A program made the translations under genes and the position numbers. Shown one piece after another: positions 43,835 through 58,118 of a stretch of 64,000 nucleotides of DNA. The number at the start of each line of letters is the position of its first letter. Within the stretch, counting starts at the first letter, position 1. The notes beneath the pieces were generated by a model. It searched no databases, was not told the origin of the DNA, and worked only from the letters and a program-made list of their open reading frames with translations. This stretch comes from the human T2T-CHM13v2.0 reference genome, Homo sapiens: assembly GCF_009914755.1 (NCBI RefSeq), contig NC_060935.1; one strand, written 5' to 3'.

Positions 43835-44611
43835 TCTTAGCAAATGCCAACTCTGTTCTTCCACTTGATCAGTTCAAAGGCCCTTGGAGTCACCTTTGGC
43901 TCCATTTCTCTCCAATAGAGAGGCCTGTCCTTTAGGATTCAGCACCTCCACTGCCAGGACTGTGGACTTCACTGCTAGTGTTTCTCAGTGAGAGTGTCGC
44001 GGTGGCCTCCTGGTGGGTCTTGTGGCTTCTCCCCTCCCCCTCCTTCATGTTATTCTCTGGAATGCAGAGATCCTATTAACACATGCCCAGTCAAAATCCC
44101 CCATAGCTCCCCATCTCACTCAGTAGAAACCGAAGTCCTCAAAATCCCCTTCAAGCCTGCATGACTGACAGCTCCCCTGCTCCGTACCCCTCCTGCCTTG
44201 TCTTCTCTCCCGCCATTCCTTCCGCTCTGGGCACCTGCACCTCCTTTGTCCTATTGGCCAGGTGTGCTCCCACCCAGGGCCCGGACCCTTGCCGTCTGCT
44301 GGTGCTGGAGGCTCTTCCCTTGGTGAACGCATGGCTCACTCACTCATTTCTTGCAGTTGTGTCTTCACCTGCCAGCTCGGCAAGTCCCTTCCAGACACCC
44401 ACGTGGCACTGCCGTGCCTCCAACGCATTCTATCCCCTTCCACTTCATGTCTCTCCTTGACCCTCTCACAAGCTGACGTATTTCAGCTATCTTCCTTACT
44501 GCCTGCCTCCTCAGAAGTGTTGTCTGCTCTGTTCTGAGCTGTATCCGTAGTGCTAGAACGGTGCCTTTCATATACAGGGTGTTCAGTAAACTTCTGTTGT
44601 TGAATGAATAA
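43835..44611 (+). mobile_element. L2 (L2a-like) 3' portion
   Basis: 'aaaggcccttggagtcacc...cccatctcactcagtagaaaccgaagtcctc...gtgttcagtaaacttctgttgttgaatgaataa'. Confidence 0.8.
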
Positions 44612-45580
44612 GTAAACAAGAGAAATTGATCTGATAGAGAGGTAAGAGAAGGAGGAAGTGTGAGAGTCTGTGTGGAGGGTGGTGTGACCAAGTGTGACAA
44701 AGGGCACAGAGATAGGAGGGGACGTGAGGGGTGTCGATGAGGTCCGCAGTGTGATGTGCTCTGTAGATGTTATCATTTGAGACAATAGAACACAGGAGTG
44801 TTCACGGAGGATTCCACAGGACAACATGCCTGTGAAAGCAGGAGTCCACTGGATATTATGATGAACAGAGAAACAAATGTACAGACACCCCCAACCCATG
44901 CCATATCAGGAGGCAGTGCATCCCAGGTGGTTGAGCGAAGACGTTTTCAGCAAGATTCTGAGGGAAAGGAAGAGTTCACATTGATGGGGAAGGCTGTCCA
45001 GGCATGAGAAACACCAGGGAGAAGGGACAAGAGCAGTGAACCATTTGTTTATCTTTTTATAATGAAACATCCACGCTTGGGTGCTCTATCCAACAACCAG
45101 CTTGTTTTCCTATCATGGATGAGGCAAAGGCATCTAGTCCAGCTTGGATGAAAATGCTCAGAGCCCAGGTGCACTGCCTGGCAGGCACAGAGTGGGATGT
45201 TTCTGTTCCCACAACCTCTGTCCTTCTGCTCGCCTCCAGGACAGACACGCTTAGGCTCCTCGTACTTATCTGTGTGCAAACACCACACAGACACTCGGCG
45301 AGACAGCCAGTGGTCTGCATTTTCTAATGTGAGCTTATGCTGTGCAAACAGCTTTATTGTCAGCCCGCATGCACAGAAAGGCCCACAGCAAACAGATGCT
45401 CAGCCCCACCCCTTCTTACTGGGGTCCTCGTGAGACATTCGGAGCACAAGGTATTAACATTCCCCACCCACAATAAGTACATTTCATGCCTCATATTCAC
45501 CTCCTATACCCTGCTCCATACAACTTTGCCCAGCGTATAGCACTCTTAATTCTTTCCAATCATTCCTATAGCCGACCATA

Positions 45581-45586
45581 CTCTCT

Positions 45587-45631
<45 letters not shown>

Positions 45632-45668
45632 CACGCGCGCATACATGCATGCAAGTATATGTGTGTGT
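45581..45668. repeat. Compound (CT)n(GT)n(GC)n microsatellite
   Basis: Read directly. Confidence 0.95.
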
Positions 45669-45674
45669 AAGCAC

Positions 45675-46141
45675 TGCTATGGTTAACGACACACTATTCC
45701 AAAACATAGCACCCTGGCATTTGAGAAAACAGCAGAAGCAGGAAGATTGCTTTCACTTCCCCCAAGTCATTTTCCCCTGAAGCAGGTCATGAGATCCCTC
45801 ATTCCAGAGATGCCCTTCCTCTACCTGGAGGGAAGGAGCACCCTTATCTCTGAAGACACCTTAACACCGAGCAGAATCTGAACAAACAGGGCCTTGTTAA
45901 CTCCATCCCCAGTTTATTGCCATTAGATCAAACCCTTATGTCCAATCACACTTCCCCGCGGCTGTCCACTCTTCATCAGACCTCAGCAGAAAAACGCACG
46001 CATTCTCTTGTTTTGGGAGGTGTTTATTTCTGAAGGCTCTCACGTTATATAAAATTTGTGTTAAATACATATGTGTGCTTTTCTCTTGTCAATCTGTTTT
46101 ATAATATGTGGTAACATGAAAAAGTATTTGTTTTTCCTACA
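45675..46141 (+). mobile_element. ERV1-class solo LTR (MER93-like)
   Basis: TG...CA ends; 'ggcatttgagaaaacagcagaagcaggaag...cccttatctctgaagacac...aatctgaacaaacaggg'. Confidence 0.7.
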
Positions 46142-47489
46142 GTATACATGTATATTAATTGTATTGATATGTATAGATGTACATATATAGGTATATACAT
46201 TTTCAGATCTTGGATAGCTGACACAGGAAAGTTAATATCACACTGAGAGTGTGTGCTGCAGAGTCTTCAGAGCTGGGTCAAACTTCAGCTCTGCCAGTTA
46301 CTAACTTTTGATTTTAAATGAGGTATGTAACATGTATAAGCCTTCCTTCTTATCTGGAAAATGGGGATAACAATATATGCCTTTCAGAGTTTGAAGATAA
46401 TCCATTAAGCGAAGGAAGATAGTGTCGGGCTGAATGTTACTGTTATCGTTAAAAGTATAACAAAATACCATTGGACCCTTAACAGAATAAGAGATACATG
46501 TAAAATTGGAAAGGAAAGAAATCTGTGGAGACAGAAATGTAAGTTGGTGTGTTGTGTGTTTGCTTCTGTGATAAAGCACTCAAGGGCCTCATTCGGCCCG
46601 GGAACCCTGGAGAGTTCTCTGGGGAAGGCACCTTCTTGGACTGTGCTGCTGAGAACATTTGGGATGGGATGGTCCAGCCAGCAGTGTCCTGGCATTCAGC
46701 CCTGTGTCCTTCCAGAAGCTGGTGGCAGGGCTAACTGTGACCATCTGCCAGGTACCCTCAGTCGAGCGTATGGGGTCAGCTGAGGTTCTAGAGGGGTCTG
46801 GTCTTGACAGACTCACGTTTCCTAGAGCCATGTTCCAATAGACATGGAGGGGCTGTCCTCATCTCTTGTTTAAAAACATTTTCTCTTTGCCCATCCTCTT
46901 GATGCCTCTCCTCACAGGAGGCAAGGATAGAAGGCGAGGCACAGGCCACACGGGGCTCAGAGAGCCTCTGCCCTGATGCAGAGCCTGGGTGGCCAGGAGG
47001 TGTGAAACATGCAGATCCACTGGCTCTTGCATTCCTCGGGCCTCTGGTGGAAAGCAAATAAAAGATTCTGCTCTCTGGGGCTCTTAAGCCATCCTCCCTG
47101 GAAGCCAGTTCTACTCAAAAATGTTTAATTAGCATGCTCCCACCTTCCTAAAAATAGGAAAGAAAAATCAATAAGCACTAAATGGCTACAATCCTTGGAT
47201 CAAAGTGATTTTAAGTAAGGTTGTCTTCAGCTTTAGACCCTCTCTCGCACTCTCCATCTGCAAGCAGAAGACGCAAACTTGGTCCTCACACCTGCATGAG
47301 TGCTCATGGCAGCAATGGGTCCTGTTAACCTGCAGAGGTTACCAGCTGGATTTGTAAGTAAAAAGGGACATTTCAAAGTCTACTTCCAAACCCTTGTGCC
47401 TTCAACTCTGGTGCTGAGATGTTTGCTAAGCTCAGATATTTGAGATGAGGAGGGCGTGTGGATCCAATCAATGTAATTAATTCTGACAA

Positions 47490-47860
47490 CCTAGGTCCTA
47501 GGGTCTTTGCACGGGCTGCCTCTGCCTGGGATGCTCTTGCCCTTGGATGCAGGGCTAGCTGTCTCACTTCCTTAGGTCCTGACTCATACACCACTTCCTC
47601 AGCGAGGCTTTTCCTAATCCGACATTCCAAAGTTTCCCCAGGTTGAAACATCTCATTCCCCTCTTCTGCTCCATTTGTATTCCTTACTGCTGACCACTTT
47701 CTAACAAGGTAGATATTTTACTGACTTGACTTGTTTATTGTCTGTCTCCCTCTCGAGGAGGTGAAGAAGAGATTTTTGTCTGTGTGGAGCTCTAATGTAT
47801 TCCAAGCCCTTGGAATAGTGCCTGGCATTTAGAAGGAATTCAGTCAGTATTGATTGGAGG
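47490..47860 (+). mobile_element. L2 3' end
   Basis: 'ctgcctctgcctgggatgctcttgccc...ggaatagtgcctggcatttagaagg'. Confidence 0.7.
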
Positions 47861-47864
47861 ACAT

Positions 47865-48125
47865 CCAGTAGTTAAGAACCGGCCTTTACGGGCATCTCGG
47901 AGGCTCAGATTCCAGGTCCACCTCTTAACAGCTCTTCACCTTGGGCAATCCTTTAACTTAGCCTCTCTGCATCTTGGTCTCTTCATCTGTAAAATGGGGA
48001 TGATAGTATAGTACCTGCTTCACAGAGCTGTTACAAAGATTAAGTGTGTCGATATATAAAGTATTTAGAACAGAGCTCTGACGCATGATGTGTGCTTTAA
48101 AAGTGTTTTTATGACTGTCATTATT
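47865..48125 (+). mobile_element. MIR SINE
   Basis: 'ccttgggcaatctttaactta...cttcatctgtaaaatggggatgatagta'. Confidence 0.8.
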
Positions 48126-48966
48126 TAAAAAAGACATTCAGTAATTATTAAGTACTTACTATATTCTGGGAACCACATCATGAACATATAAAGCAGTTAG
48201 AATAGTATGTGGCACAAATTAAGTACATAATAAATATTAAGTACTATTTTATTTTATGTCTTTTGATACTCAAAACCACACAGATACTATTATTAATAGA
48301 TACTATTATTATTATTATTATTACGTTTGGTGAGGTTACTTCACTCCCTCAAATCCAGCCTGCTGGTAAGGCTTAGATCCACAGAGCCATCCCCAAGCAC
48401 CCCACAGCCATGCCTTTGTTATGGGACTACCCACCTGCCTCTATCCTGTTTCCAAGGCACGGGTGCTGTTGCTTACATATAGGCTGGTCCTTTTTTGCCT
48501 AGTTGTTGGTTTTAATGGCTATGAGAGAACACTCTGAGGCTCCTTGGATCACCCTCCACCCCTAAAAGTTCAAATTCAATCCAAGCCTCTTCTCTCTCTT
48601 ACAGGATGAGTTACATGCAATTTATCATATGGGTCCTGTTGCTTGAAATTGTTTAAATTGGCTCAATACAGACACTATAAATCCAGAGCACAAAGCTTCT
48701 GAACCGACCTGGTTTGGGAACTGAGGCTGTGGCTTTTCCCTGAGGGCTTGCAGTATATTTGCTGCCCTATATAACCAAAATTGTATCCTGTTCCTTCCTG
48801 CAGCACCTGTTACCTGGCAGAGCCACACTATCTTCCCTCACAGCCGAGGCTGATGGGGCTGGGAAAGAAGCCCCACAGAGCCATGGCTGGGGTTGTGGAA
48901 CAGGCAGAGGCAAGTGCTCACACCTTCCTACTGTCTTAGGGTGGAGATGAGTTTTCAGAGCTGAGG

Positions 48967-49029
48967 GTGGGGAGGCAGGCAGTCAGCAGTGGGGGAGGCA
49001 GGCAGTCAGCAATGAGTGAGGCAGGCAGT
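48967..49029. repeat. About 22-23-bp tandem repeat (GTGGGGAGGCAGGCAGTCAGCA), about 2.7 copies
   Basis: Read directly. Confidence 0.85.
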
Positions 49030-50096
49030 TTTGAGTGGCAGCACTGCCTCTAGGGATGTTTCCAAGCATCACCCATGACTAGGTTTCAGTTTCTTTCGCA
49101 TCATGGGCTGAAATCCCCTCTTGCCCCAGTAAGGGCAGGCCAGCATGGCCAAGAGGCCTTGCTGCCATTTAGGAAACAGTGTCCTGAATTTGTGGCTACG
49201 GGGTCCAGAGCTTATCCCAGGAGGAAATGTGCGACTGAGTTGCAGGAGAGCCTCTTGTGTGGAGGCAAGCTAGTGATTAAGATTTGAACTGCCCCTGCAT
49301 CAAGTTCAACAAGAGAGGCACTGTCTAAGTGGGGCAACTGGAGAAGTCACCATAGGTAGGATCAGGGAAGGGGAGATACAGAGGAATGGCTGCATCCATG
49401 CAGCGCTGCAAGAAAAAGACAAATCCGTATGCTGATGGGGCTCTATCCGTGGGAAGAACAAGCAGAGGAGCACAGTCCACCAAAGCCACGGGTGCAGGAT
49501 GAGAGGAAGGCAGAGTTGAAGGGAACATGACCTGTAAGAGAAAATGGAGCATTGGAGGGAAGGGGAAAGTGGCCCCACTAACTCACAGAGCTGAGCAATG
49601 TTGCAAAGAAAGCTTCCCTTGCGGGGAGGCCCAAGCGTTGGCTGCAGAAGTGGCCTTAGCTCTTGTCATCGCCACCCCTGTGTCAGAGGTGAGGCTGATA
49701 GCAGGCCAAGGAGTCAAGGAGGCACCGAAGCTAAGGGGAGGCAGATGGCACAGCCAGCTCTATGCGTCCTGGAAGGCCCTTCCCGCCCCCACATAAATTC
49801 CATAGCTTATTTGCTCTTTCTTCCTTTTATTTTTGTCTTAAATGTAAAATTTGGTGTCACTCTTCTGGGGTAAACAACAAACTGGTCTTTGGAAGGGATC
49901 CACTTGAATAGCAAATATTACAAAGCAAAAGTGACGAGTGTAAATGCGTCCTCTTATGAGGGCATCAGAACCTTGCTCAGCTGCCCCATTGGAGGACACA
50001 TGGAAAGCTCAGCTTCCAGGGCAGGAAAGGCCAATGGTATCCCCTTCTCCTGGAGCTCAGTAGGCACAACCCGGGGGTCTAAGGGTATGGTAGCAG

Positions 50097-50113
50097 GCAG
50101 CGCCTCCTAATGG
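50097..50113 (-). promoter_or_regulatory. Candidate CTCF site
   Basis: Minus strand reads CCATTAGGAGGCGCTGC versus the core consensus CCASYAGRKGGCRS (two deviations); motif match only. Confidence 0.4.
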
Positions 50114-50942
50114 GTAACCCTGGACAAACGAGCCTAGGGAGGGAGAGGTGAGTGTTCTGGGCTAAGGAAGCGCCAGGCCAGAAAATAAACATGGCAGCCC
50201 CAAGTCAACTATGGAGCTCCGTGGTCTCCAGCTGTCTCATTCCTTTGCTGTTTCCCACCATGAATCAGGGGTCATTTCTCATGGGTCATTTCTCCCCCAT
50301 TTCCTCTTTCCTCTCTGCACAAGATGGAATCTCAGAACTCCCAAGCATTTTAATTTTTTTTAATGAGGAAGCAGCGAGCTGACAAATTTCTTGGAGCACA
50401 ATAATAAAATATCAGAGAAAAGTAGAACAGTCTCATATGATTTTTCTCAGTCCATTTTGCCTCCTAAATATTCATCCGAAATAGCGTATTAAACAGTAAA
50501 AAATAACAATGCTTTATTATGCAGTGCTCACACTCGAGTGTGCGTGGCACCGTTGTGACACCTGGACTCCTTGTCTGTCCGTTTGTTTTTCCTTCTGTTT
50601 CCTCTTCTCTCATTGGAGTGAGGAAAGAAGAGGGGAAAGGGGAGCACTTAGAAGAAGGGGCACAGAGGGGCAGAAGGACCAGGATGGGGCAAAAGGGAGA
50701 AGAGGAAGACAGAACACAGAGGGGAGAGGGGCAAGGGCGTTAGTGCTTAAACACCTGCCATAAATTAAAATCCTGAAATCACACTCCTGGTCAATAGTTT
50801 TTGAATTTTTTTTAATAGAGAGGAGAAATGTAAAAGTGGCTAGGAGTGGAGCTAAAGGCAAATTTGGTTTTTCTCATTAGACTAAGACTATTTTCTGTTT
50901 TTGGCAAATCAGATTCTGCTTTGAAAGTAAAGAGGTGGGTGG

Positions 50943-51858
50943 TGTAAGCTAAAAATAAAATCCTAAGCCCTTGCCATAGGCTGAGTGGACCCCTTCTTGG
51001 CAAATGGGGCCCCAGAAAAACCTTAAAAACTTAGCTCCCAGCCACAGCAAGATGGGAGGTCAAACACGTTGTGCTGCGTCCCCTCCCTTTTGCGTTTAGA
51101 TACAACAACCAACCAGCATTAGCAGAGACCATAAGACAGATGGAACGGACGCTTTGTGGCAACAAGATTTCAAATGATAAACAGGACCTAAGGCCGTGCC
51201 AGGCAGCAGTTAAATCATGCACCCCAGACTTAAAGCATAAGCTAGGTTCCAATTGCCACAAGGTTCTTTCTTTTTCTCTAGCAGCTAAACAAGCACTGGC
51301 CTTGAGATAAGCAAAATTAAAACATACACAACTCATCAGCTCGCAGAGGCTGACTAACAGACCCCTGTTTCACCAGCCATGACAACACCTTTGATTAGAC
51401 AGGGACTGATTTCAGTAACTTTCTCCAGGTAAGAACACTGACCATGCAGTGGTTCCGGCTGATTTACAGAGACTGTGCACTTGCGTGCCTTCATGTCCTG
51501 AGACCTTTTGACAAATAAGACCTAATTGTAATACATTTAAATGCTCCGTCTCCACCCCAAAGTGAACATGGGTCATATGTTACATGCATGTTTGTTCAGT
51601 ACGTGTGTGTCGGGATCACCTTCGTGAATATTCATAGCTCCTCCTGTCACCTGTTAAACAGGTATGTTTAGCCAACCCATTCAGCATAAAGCTGTTAGTC
51701 CAGCAAATCCTCCTGTGAAGTGCCTGCCTGGGTTTGGCCGAGGCAGGTCTCTCAGCCCAGGGGATGGCCCTCTTGCAGGCTGTAACCCTCTATAAGAAAT
51801 AAAGTCTCTCCCTTTCCTTTTCTAAATTTATAAATTTGGATTTTTTTTAAAGTTACCA
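50943..51858 (+). mobile_element. ERV1 solo LTR, MER4 family (MER4B/D-like)
   Basis: Starts 'tgtaagctaaaaataaaatcctaagccc', AATAAA near 51798, ends 'gttacca'; perfect 4-bp TSD gtgg (50939-50942 / 51859-51862). Confidence 0.88.
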
Positions 51859-52772
51859 GTGGTGTGGGAGCTTTTATGTATTCTCTAAGCAGAGTAGGAA
51901 GAGAATCCCAGAATTAGAAAATATGGAATAATCAGATTCTGTTTAACGTCTTTCCTGGCATCCAGGGAGATTACACCTAAGCCACTTAAGCTGAAGTCTC
52001 AAGGGTTGCAGTTGGTCCCATTTCTATTAAAATCTTGCCTAACAGGAGAGCACAGTAACATTTTTTTATTAAAGAGGAAAAGAAAAAAGCTGATGATGAT
52101 GCTAGTCTAACTCTAAATGATACTAGTTCATCTAATCACTCAACGATGCAGTATGTTTACCATCTAATTTCATCCAAAACACCCTAAACTGAAAATAAAG
52201 TGCTGCTTAATAGACATGCAAAGATGTCATTTCATTTTGCTGAATGTTCTAGTAGCAACTACTAATTATTTCAATGTACTTTTTTTCTGTAATTATTTGG
52301 AACAAACTATTCAGCACTCCCCTATTAACTTCAGAAATATTTCAGTGTCCTACAGAAATTCAGTAGTATAAATTTAAATAGCTTTTTCCCTCCTTTCTTC
52401 AATGTGCTGGGAAGACAGCTGGATGAGGTTGAGGGAGGAAACACATCTTGTACAAACAGAAACAACCAAAGAAGAGTAAGAAAGAAAGAAATCCCACCCC
52501 TGAACTCTCTCCTTTTACATCTGGGCCCCTTTCTTCCCACATTCAATTTTCTTCAGGTTCCTGTGGGCAGGGTTATAGAGCTAATCCCCCAGATCTTCCT
52601 TTGGTTGCTGAAGGACTGAGCAGCCAGCAGAGAAATGGCAGACACAGGGAGCAGGGCTGTCAAGGAAAGCAGTTGGGAGGAACTCTGTCGTCTTCCTGGG
52701 GTGTTTTTTAATCAGTCTCCTCCAGAGCCAACCCCTGATTCCTGTTGATATCATTTAGAATGAAGAAGATGG

Positions 52773-53194
<422 letters not shown>

Positions 53195-56100
53195 TCAGCA
53201 GCACAGGGCTAAGAGGGGCTGAGCGTTGGCAGGTACTGAGTGGTGCACCAAGTGTCCTACCCAAGGAACAGCAAGGCTGAGAGGATCTCATCTAGCATCC
53301 TCATTTGACCAACCTGTGGCACAAACCTTATGAGCAGGAGATTTTCCCAGAGCAAGAGGAAGAAATGATAACAGCAGGTGAACTCACCACCAGCATTTGG
53401 GTTTCTGCTGCGAGTGTATTCACTGCTCCTGAGTCCACACATCTTCATTAAAACCTCGTCATGCATAGCGAGCACTGCTGAGAGAGCTTGTCATTTTACA
53501 ATGCTCTTGTGCCTACATTCACCTATGTGAGAGTGACTACCAGGTGTGGGAGTAGGGAAGCCCAGCTCCCCCGTGGGCACAGCTCTGAGGAATGCCTTAC
53601 CTGAGGTAAGGCTAAAGCGAGCCTCTGGGGTCTCCTGCTTGTCTGGTTTCTCCTCTTCCCTGTCCTGTCCCTCTATCTCCAATGGATCCTTCGGGAGCTC
53701 TTTCTTAATAAATCACTTGCATGTGATGAAAATAAAACATAAAACATGGCATGTTACCATATCTCACACTGTTTAATAGCTACTTGTGTGGCAGCAATCA
53801 AGAAATGGGGGGGTGGAAGCAGTGGGAGAAGTTAAATCACAGCCCCTCGTTTTCTATAACTGGAAAGTGTCTGCTTTCCTGTGCACATATTATAACTCCT
53901 CATTTAGTGTTCTTAAGGATACCGCAAAGGAAATCTCAGATAGGCACAAATTAAGTAATTTTTTTTAGATAATAAAGAAGCTGCCCAAGAAATGATTAAT
54001 TGACAAAGGAAGACTTCTAAGAAGAGGTAAGTTCTGTGTGGACCGTACAGAAAGCCCCAGAGTCAATGGTTGGGCATCATTTTTTTCCATGGTCCTTTAG
54101 AGTAGGCTGGCCAGAGTGCTGAGCAGCTGTGGAGAGATTCCCTTGCAGATCGTAGTGTGGGTCCTGCCTAAGATCCAAGGTAGAGTGGACCCACCTCTGG
54201 GGAACTTCCAACTTCAAAATGCCATAAGTTTTTGCTTTTGCTTCTCATTTTTACTGACTGAGCCAGTAAGTAAAACATAACATTCACATACAACCTAATG
54301 ATGTTTAAATACTTGAATGTCTATTATTTCTCTGATCTTCTCAATGCACAAGTGCATTACTTAGTGAATGATGAAATCGGGTCAGAGACAGAAGGCAACA
54401 TTCCCCAGCTCACTCCCAAGCTCTTGGATAGTTAAGTGGCGGGGATGTGGGGGAATCTGCTTGTTTTGACTGTCTAACATTTCCTCCAATATCATGATCA
54501 ATACCTTAATTTAGATGTTCCATGGGTACATCATAATTCTAATGTTCATTCCCATTTCTCTAAAATTATTTCTTGCTCCCAGATGATGCCCACTCCTTAA
54601 TTTCTTATAACCATTAATGAAATAAAAAATGTGGAATTCAGCCTGGATCCTTCTTCTTCATGATGCTCATGGCTACCCAATCATTAGTCATCATTTCTAG
54701 GCTCACTTTTCATTCATAAGCCTTTTTCTTCTTCTTCTTACTAAGCATGTGTCTCCCATTTACATTCCTGCCTGTCATCAGGTTTGTCCCCTCACATCTA
54801 TCCTCCATAGAGTGCATTTCCACTGAAAACTGTGCAGTGGCTTGCCACATCCTTCAACAGAATGAGGTTGGGGGTAAGGGGCTCAGGCCACTCACTGCTT
54901 TCCCCTAGGAGAGGCCTTGCAGGAGAAACAAGTCTACATAGCCTGAGGGCTCCAAGACATAAAGTTTGAAAGTCATTGGCTTAGTGAATAAGACTATCTT
55001 GCTGTGACCATGGCAATCTCCTCCAAGACCTGGCCTCGACTTCTTTCCGTCTCATTCCCTGTCACTTACTGTCTTCCAGTTTACACTGCATAGGTAGAAA
55101 AAAACACTGAGAAAATATTAAAGATTATTTTTCTATATTTGTTTTATAGATGAGACTATCATGACATGGCATAATTAAATGACATGCTCAAGGAGACACA
55201 GCAAACACATGTGTGAGACAGCATGAGCCCAAAGTTCATGCTTTTCCTCACAGCATGGCACCACCCGACACCTCCAAGGAGGAATATTCCTGAGCAAAGT
55301 CCAGGATGCACTCTGTTTAGAGAAAATAAAGAATGCCAAATATTTAATTCTGGCCCTTAGAGAATCCAAATAGAAACACTTAAGTAACCTTACATGTACT
55401 CAAATAAAAAGTGCAATTAATACAGCTCTGAGAAGGATGGGTTCCTGATGTATAAAACATTGACTTTACAAGGTTGTGAGGATTCAATACAATAATGTAT
55501 ATGGAAGGCCTCTGCAATCTTGAAAGCAGAGAACAGCACAGGTAACATGGATGAATTCAGCTATCCAGGTGAGGACAGGGAGTGCCGATGAGTACCTGAT
55601 CCTTTTAAAGAACCCAAAGCTACTCAGTTCTAACACACCTTTGCGTGAGACTCAGAAAGAAGGTTCTTGGTGTGGGTAACATTTCTGAATTCCAAAAAAA
55701 AGTCTTCCTATTTTTAAATAGTGACAATTTTTAAAATCACTATGTGGGTCAAACAAAACTTTGGGAATCATGCAGAAGGATTTGGCCATGAGGGTGACAG
55801 TTTGCAACCTCTGCCTGGTTAAGGGCTTCAGGGATGTTGGCATTGTCAAGAGAGCTGAGTGGAACCTCGCAGAGCAAACTACCAAAAGAAAGGGAATTTG
55901 GAATCAGACTGGGTGTCCTCCCAAGATGCTCTAATTTTAGTGTGTCCAGAAGAAGGGGAATAACGATTGTCTGTAGATAGGAAGCAGACATGATAGGTGA
56001 GAATCATCAAGCAGGCAGAAAATTAGAAGAGTCAGAATCAATCTGCTCTTTAGAGTCAAAGGACTCAATTAAGGTGGAAAAAAATAAAGAGAAAACTGAA

Positions 56101-56439
56101 ATCAATGAGTTCCAAATGGTTTGTTTTGAACCCTGGCTCCAAAAGGGAGTCACATAAAATGCTGCTAATATCTTTTCTAGGCACTTTAGTCTGTTCACTC
56201 AAAAAAAAAAAAAAGAAAGAAAAGAAAAACAAAACAAGATGCTATCTTCATGCACTTAGTTTTCTAAAGGACTCATGAATTGGATCCTGTCACTCTACTA
56301 CTTAAAACCTTTTATGATTTCCCATACTATATCCAACAAGATAAAAGCTAAACTCAAAAATGTCAGCAGATAACCAGAAAGTATAAAACATTTTCAAAAG
56401 AATGAAGTGGAAAATTAAACGTAAAAAGCACAACAAACC

Positions 56440-57470
56440 TTTTTTACTTCTAATTCTCATTTACCTAGTCTTCCTCATGCTAACTGATGACAATTCTGTC
56501 TGGCTAATTGCTCAGGCCAAAAAACGTAGAGTTGATGCTGAATCCTCTCCCTCTGTTTCACCTCATAACCAATCCAGCAGGAAACTCTTGGCTCCACCTT
56601 CAAAATATATCCACAACCCAAACACATCTATCATTTCTAATACACATACCTGGACTCACCCAACATCTTCTCTCACTTAAATTCTTGCAGTATCTTATGC
56701 TTCTCCTCTTGCCCCTATATTGGTAAGAATAGGCTATATTATGCTCCAGAAATAAGTCACACCAACTTCTCTGTGACTTAACTACCAGGGTTAGTTCTCA
56801 CTCACTGTCACATTCGGCATTGGTTGGAAGAGGAGCTCTGCTCACCGTAGCCTCCGCTGGACCCAGACTGACAAAGCTGCCCTCGTCACCAATCACACGG
56901 TAGAGGCCAAATTGCCCACAAGCCCCTAAACCTTCTACCAGGAAGAGAAACCTACCACTTCTGTTTGCAGTTCTTTGGCCAAGTTAGTCCTATGGCCATG
57001 CCTAACTTTAAGGGAGAAAGAAAGTACAACTTGTTCATGTTCCAGGAGAACCAGAAATAATTTGCGGGCAGTACAAATGACTATCACACCTCCCTAGAAT
57101 CTGTATTAAATCCAATAGACCAAGTAAGTGATCTTTTTAAAGTCGTAAGCCAGATGATGTCACTCTTCTGATCTCCATTCCCCCAGAGTCGAAGCCAGAG
57201 CTCCCAAGATTGGTACATGGTGCTGCCTGATATCTGCTGCCCCATTACCTTTCTGGCCCAACATGCCCCACTTTCTACCCCTTCCAATCCCAGTGCTGCT
57301 GACCTCCTTCCTATTCCTCAAGCAGGTCAGGCAGGCTCCTATCTTTTAACTTAGCACTGGCTATTCCTTCTGCCTAGAACACTCTTCCCCAAGTATATGC
57401 ACAGCTATCTCCTTCACAACCTTCAAGGTTTTGCTTAAATGTCATCTTATTTAAAATTGCATCCATACAT
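56440..57470 (+). mobile_element. L2 fragment interrupted by an MLT1 LTR
   Basis: 'ctaattgctcaggccaaaaaacgtagagtt...ctccaccttcaaaatatatcc' and 'gcactggctattccttctgcctagaacactcttcccc'. Confidence 0.75.
56716..57088 (-). mobile_element. MaLR LTR (MLT1J-like)
   Basis: 'ggtaagaataggctatattatgct...ttggccaagttagtcctatggccatgcctaactttaaggg...gactatcaca'. Confidence 0.7.
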
Positions 57471-57774
57471 CCCTTTGTTTGACTAGAGAATCCACAATAT
57501 CCAAGCTGCATTTATTGAGAAATTAGCTTAATCCCTTAGAACTTCAATATCCTCCCATGTAAGATTAGAATGATAGGGCTCACCCTGCTAGACTATCATA
57601 AAGATGGAATAAAAAAGACACACACATGGTGTTATACTTCTAGCTGTCACTAAACATGAGGCTAGTCTCTCTTGCCCATCCCCAAGCATAAAATAGCATA
57701 ATGGCCACTTAATGGTCTTTCATAGAATCCCATAATTTTGGAGAATTGGAAGAGATATTTAAGACCATCTAGTT

Positions 57775-58118
57775 TAGTCTTCCCAAAGTATCTCTGTATC
57801 TCTACTGATGCTAACCAAAACAAAACAAAGTAAAGCAAAAATAAAACAAAACCAATACAAAACCCCCAAATCCTAGGGCCAGATAAGTTGAGAAAAATGT
57901 TTCTCCTATTTATAGTCAGCTGTTGGACACTCAGAAGTCACATTAACATATTAAAACCTCCAAGAATTCTTGGAGTAAAGAAACCTTTCAACTCTGTTTA
58001 ACCCAGCATCCCCCAAACTTAATTGACCACAGCACCCTCTTCTTTTTTCTTCACATTAATGCGCATTAACACACTGTAGAACTAATGTTCTGTTGAACAC
58101 AAGTTGAGAAATCCTAAG
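57775..58118. mobile_element. hAT-Charlie MITE (MER112/113-like) inserted in a MIR
   Basis: 'gtaaagaaacctttcaactctgtttaacccagcatcccccaaacttaattgaccac'; flanked by ctagttta/ctagtcta and MIR halves. Confidence 0.55.

Noticed and set aside
51560-51595. p53 response element in the MER4 LTR (CATG-rich stretch)
   Set aside because: Half-sites have several mismatches to RRRCWWGYYY and overlap rather than abut.
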